This document shows positions 61,346-64,000 of a stretch of DNA of 64,000 bases, piece after piece; positions within the stretch are counted from its first letter, which is position 1, and each line of letters begins with the position of its first letter. The notes beneath the pieces were generated by a model, which saw only the letters and a list, made by a program, of their open reading frames with translations, had not been told where the DNA came from and did not search any database. The DNA lies in the sequence record ON529851.1, one strand, 5' to 3'. The position numbers were made by a program, and so were the translations under genes.

Positions 61346-62425
61346 CTATTGCGTGACCTTCCAGCCGAACTCGGCCGCGTTGACTTCGGCGGCGGTCCAG
61401 GCGCCGCCGCCGGGGCGGGGCAGCACGGTCTGCTCGGCGCGGTAGGCGTTGGTCATCTCAATCAGGACCGCCTGGGGCGCCCCATCCGCCTCGGTCCCCG
61501 CCAGCCGGGCGACCGGCGCGATCTTGCGCGGCGACATGCCCGGCGTCCGCGCCGTCATCGTGGCGACGACCGCGTGAACGGTGGCCGCCGCCGCCCCCGC
61601 CGACAGGTCGCCGTAGACGTAGGTGTCCTTTGACCCGACGGCGCTGATCGCGGCGTAGGAGGTGTCGTTGTTCGGCACCACTTCGGAGACCGCCTGCCAG
61701 GCCGTCGCCGCGCCGGTCGGCGTGGACTGGGTCGTGGTGCCGGGACCGGTCGGCCGGATCGTCTCCATGACCAGGTCGCCCAGGAAGCCGTTCATCGTCG
61801 ATCCTGCCGAATTATGGATTTGAGGATCGTCAAGTCGCCAGCTACCGTTCGTGTGGAACGAGGCGCTGTAGATCGACTTCGCACCCGCCTGATAGAGGTC
61901 TCCGGTGAAGTCGATGACGGTGGCGCCGTTGAGGCGGATTTCGGCCGTGCCGCCCGTATCGTCGATATTGGCGACGCGCATCTCAACGCGCAGCCACGCC
62001 CCCAGCGCCAAGGGCATGTCAGCCGTGGCGATGACCGTATTGTTCCGCAGCAGCACAAGCTGCCCCGTGTTGTTGATCCCGACGCAAACCCAGGTGTCCA
62101 GCGTGCCGGCGGGGTTCGATCCCGTGGTCGACGACGGGCCGGTATTGACGGCGCTCATGAGGTGCCGAAGGTTGGACGGGGTCGACAACATGTAGATGGA
62201 GGCGGACAAAAACAACGTGTCTTGGCCCACCCCGCAATGCGGCGTCGGGAGGGCTTTCGAAAGAATGCCCTGGGCGGTCACCGTAGACCCGATGAGGCTG
62301 ACGCCCCCCAGGCGCCCGGTCGTGGTCGAGAGCGTCTGTGAGGTCGTCGGCGCTGCGTCCCACTTGCGCGCGAGGTCGGCGACCGCCGCATGGGAGTCGA
62401 GAGAGTCGTTGAAGATATGCGCCAT
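61346..62425 (-). CDS. tail protein with ConA/LamG-like beta-sandwich
   Basis: beta-rich, W.RVEMR..EIRLNG, WRLDD; lower GC3. Confidence 0.65.
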   Translation of the reverse strand: MAHIFNDSLDSHAAVADLARKWDAAPTTSQTLSTTTGRLGGVSLIGSTVTAQGILSKALPTPHCGVGQDTLFLSASIYMLSTPSNLRHLMSAVNTGPSSTTGSNPAGTLDTWVCVGINNTGQLVLLRNNTVIATADMPLALGAWLRVEMRVANIDDTGGTAEIRLNGATVIDFTGDLYQAGAKSIYSASFHTNGSWRLDDPQIHNSAGSTMNGFLGDLVMETIRPTGPGTTTQSTPTGAATAWQAVSEVVPNNDTSYAAISAVGSKDTYVYGDLSAGAAAATVHAVVATMTARTPGMSPRKIAPVARLAGTEADGAPQAVLIEMTNAYRAEQTVLPRPGGGAWTAAEVNAAEFGWKVTQ

Positions 62426-62428
62426 GTC

Positions 62429-63502
62429 TTAAGGGGTCCGAATGATTTCAATCGTTTGTTGGGTCGTCTGGACGGCCTGTGCTGCGCGGGCCACGAGGAC
62501 CTCCACCGTCTCTTGGGTCACGCGGGTCGGCTGGGCCGTCCGCACCGTGAGGGCCTCCAAGACGTGATGCGTCAGGCGCACGGGTTGGGGATCGTCCGCG
62601 TGGGCGCGGATGACCATCACGCCTGCACGCCCCGCCGTGGCGTAAAGGCCGCCATAGCCGAGTTCGCTTCCGGGGTAGTCTGTATCGGTGATGTTGACCG
62701 GCGTACGGCTGATCCCGCCCCCCGCAAATTGCGGCAGGTCGTAATAGAGATGGTAGCCGTCCAGGCGCCACGACGATCCGCCGCCCGCCGGACCGCTGTA
62801 GAGGGTGTCGTTGCGGTAACCGCCGCCGCCGCCGTAATAACCGCCGCCGCCGCCGCCACCGCCGTTCTCAAGCGCCCGGATCGACGTCATATAGCCCTGC
62901 CCGCCGTGCAGATAGCCGCCGCGCGACAGGGGATTGGCGTTGAGCGGCAGGCCCTCGCCCCCCTCTGACTGGGCGCCGCCCGTAGCGTGCGCGCTGGAAC
63001 CGCCGACGGCGCCGCCGCCGCGTCCCGCAAAGGTGTTCAGGTTGCCGGCCCCGCCGCCGCCGGCCGCCACCAGGGCCAGTTGGCCCTGAAGCCACAGGCG
63101 GGTTGAGCCGCCGCCGCCGCCCGAGATGGAGGCGATCGTTGAGCCTGTGTGACGCCCGCGACCGCCGTCGCCGCCGTCAGGCCAGCCGCCATAGCCGCCG
63201 CGTACGTCGCCCGTTAGGAGGCCGAGTTCGCCGCCGCCGCCGACTTCGATCGCGATCAGGTCGCCCGGTGTCACCTCGAAGACCCGAGAAATGTAACCCC
63301 CCGCGCCGCCGACGATCGAGCCAAAGGTTCCGTAGGGGACGCTGGCGCCCCCCGCGCCCCAGGCCTTGACCTCAATTAGGCGACACCCTGCGGGGATTTT
63401 CCGAATTTCACGGCTCCGCGTGAAGTTGACGATATTCAGTCCCAGCGCGAGCGGGGCGGCCGAGGCGTTGCGGGCGGCGGCGACGAAGCCGGGAATCAAC
63501 AT
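62429..63502 (-). CDS. glycine-rich tail/virion protein
   Basis: WGAGG, GGGGGS, GGGGGGGYYGGGGG, GGSS glycine-rich domain. Confidence 0.75.
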   Translation of the reverse strand: MLIPGFVAAARNASAAPLALGLNIVNFTRSREIRKIPAGCRLIEVKAWGAGGASVPYGTFGSIVGGAGGYISRVFEVTPGDLIAIEVGGGGELGLLTGDVRGGYGGWPDGGDGGRGRHTGSTIASISGGGGGSTRLWLQGQLALVAAGGGGAGNLNTFAGRGGGAVGGSSAHATGGAQSEGGEGLPLNANPLSRGGYLHGGQGYMTSIRALENGGGGGGGGYYGGGGGYRNDTLYSGPAGGGSSWRLDGYHLYYDLPQFAGGGISRTPVNITDTDYPGSELGYGGLYATAGRAGVMVIRAHADDPQPVRLTHHVLEALTVRTAQPTRVTQETVEVLVARAAQAVQTTQQTIEIIRTP

Positions 63503-64000
63503 TATACCGGCTCCAGATCGCCGAACAGCGACCAGACGTCGGTCGCCGTCTGGACCAGGGACGCCACCGAATGGGGGCGACGCAGGCGCGGCAGCATGTC
63601 CGCCGGGTATTCCAGCGTGACGCCCGCCCCCGCCAGGACCGTGAGCGTGCCGGCGCCGCTGCGCCGCACCGAGACCGAGGCCCCCAGGGGGAAGGCCACA
63701 GCCGAATGCGGCGGCACCGTGACGGTCCGGTTGAACGTCGAGGAGAAGGACCGGAACCCGCGCCGGTCGGAAAGCGCGAGCACATAGTCCCCGTCTGCTT
63801 CAGCCTGGACGCTGATCTTCAACAGGTCCTGCTCGAACGCCGGAGCGAGATCGTCGGTCGTCGACAGACGCCGCCACCCTTGCACCGGCGGAGTCGAGAC
63901 CATGACGATCTGGCCCGGCGCGCCGGGCACACCGGACGCGGGCGTGTTCGTCGGCGGAACGCCAATGCCGATCCCGGTCTGATAGTGGGGATCATCCGTA
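63502..64000 (-). CDS. tail fibre-like protein, C-terminal part (5' end outside window)
   Basis: open frame to window edge; TVTVP..AFPLGASVSV...G.LTV.AGAGVTL...GDL C-terminal module. Confidence 0.7.
   Translation of the reverse strand, partial: TDDPHYQTGIGIGVPPTNTPASGVPGAPGQIVMVSTPPVQGWRRLSTTDDLAPAFEQDLLKISVQAEADGDYVLALSDRRGFRSFSSTFNRTVTVPPHSAVAFPLGASVSVRRSGAGTLTVLAGAGVTLEYPADMLPRLRRPHSVASLVQTATDVWSLFGDLEPV

Overview
GC-rich 64 kb segment of a large dsDNA phage infecting an alphaproteobacterium. Gene content (T7-like PolA, rIIA/rIIB, T5 A1-like protein, NrdAB, ThyX, stand-alone tyrosine recombinase) resembles phiCbK-like Caulobacter/Brevundimonas giant siphophages; this assignment is an inference. 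The window holds replication and nucleotide-metabolism genes, three DNA methyltransferases, a lysis cassette and the end of a tail-gene block. The most striking part is a largely non-coding island at about 26.8-32.6 kb. It contains a Ro60/Rsr (TROVE-vWA) gene directly preceded by four stem-enclosed tRNA-mimic RNAs (three circularly permuted, YrlA/Y-RNA architecture), with a fifth permuted mimic at 26.9 kb. It also has a two-piece permuted tmRNA with an ...LLAA tag, three unusual tRNAs, and three tandem ~230-nt paralogous elements sharing a 3' pseudoknot. RNA ligase, RlaP-like nucleotidyltransferase, YqeY and a class II aaRS-like core elsewhere in the window suggest a phage RNA-repair/translation-rescue system. 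A separate promoter/terminator-bounded ~585-nt non-coding element lies at 55.9-56.45 kb. All calls come from manual motif and base-pair reading; no database search was run.
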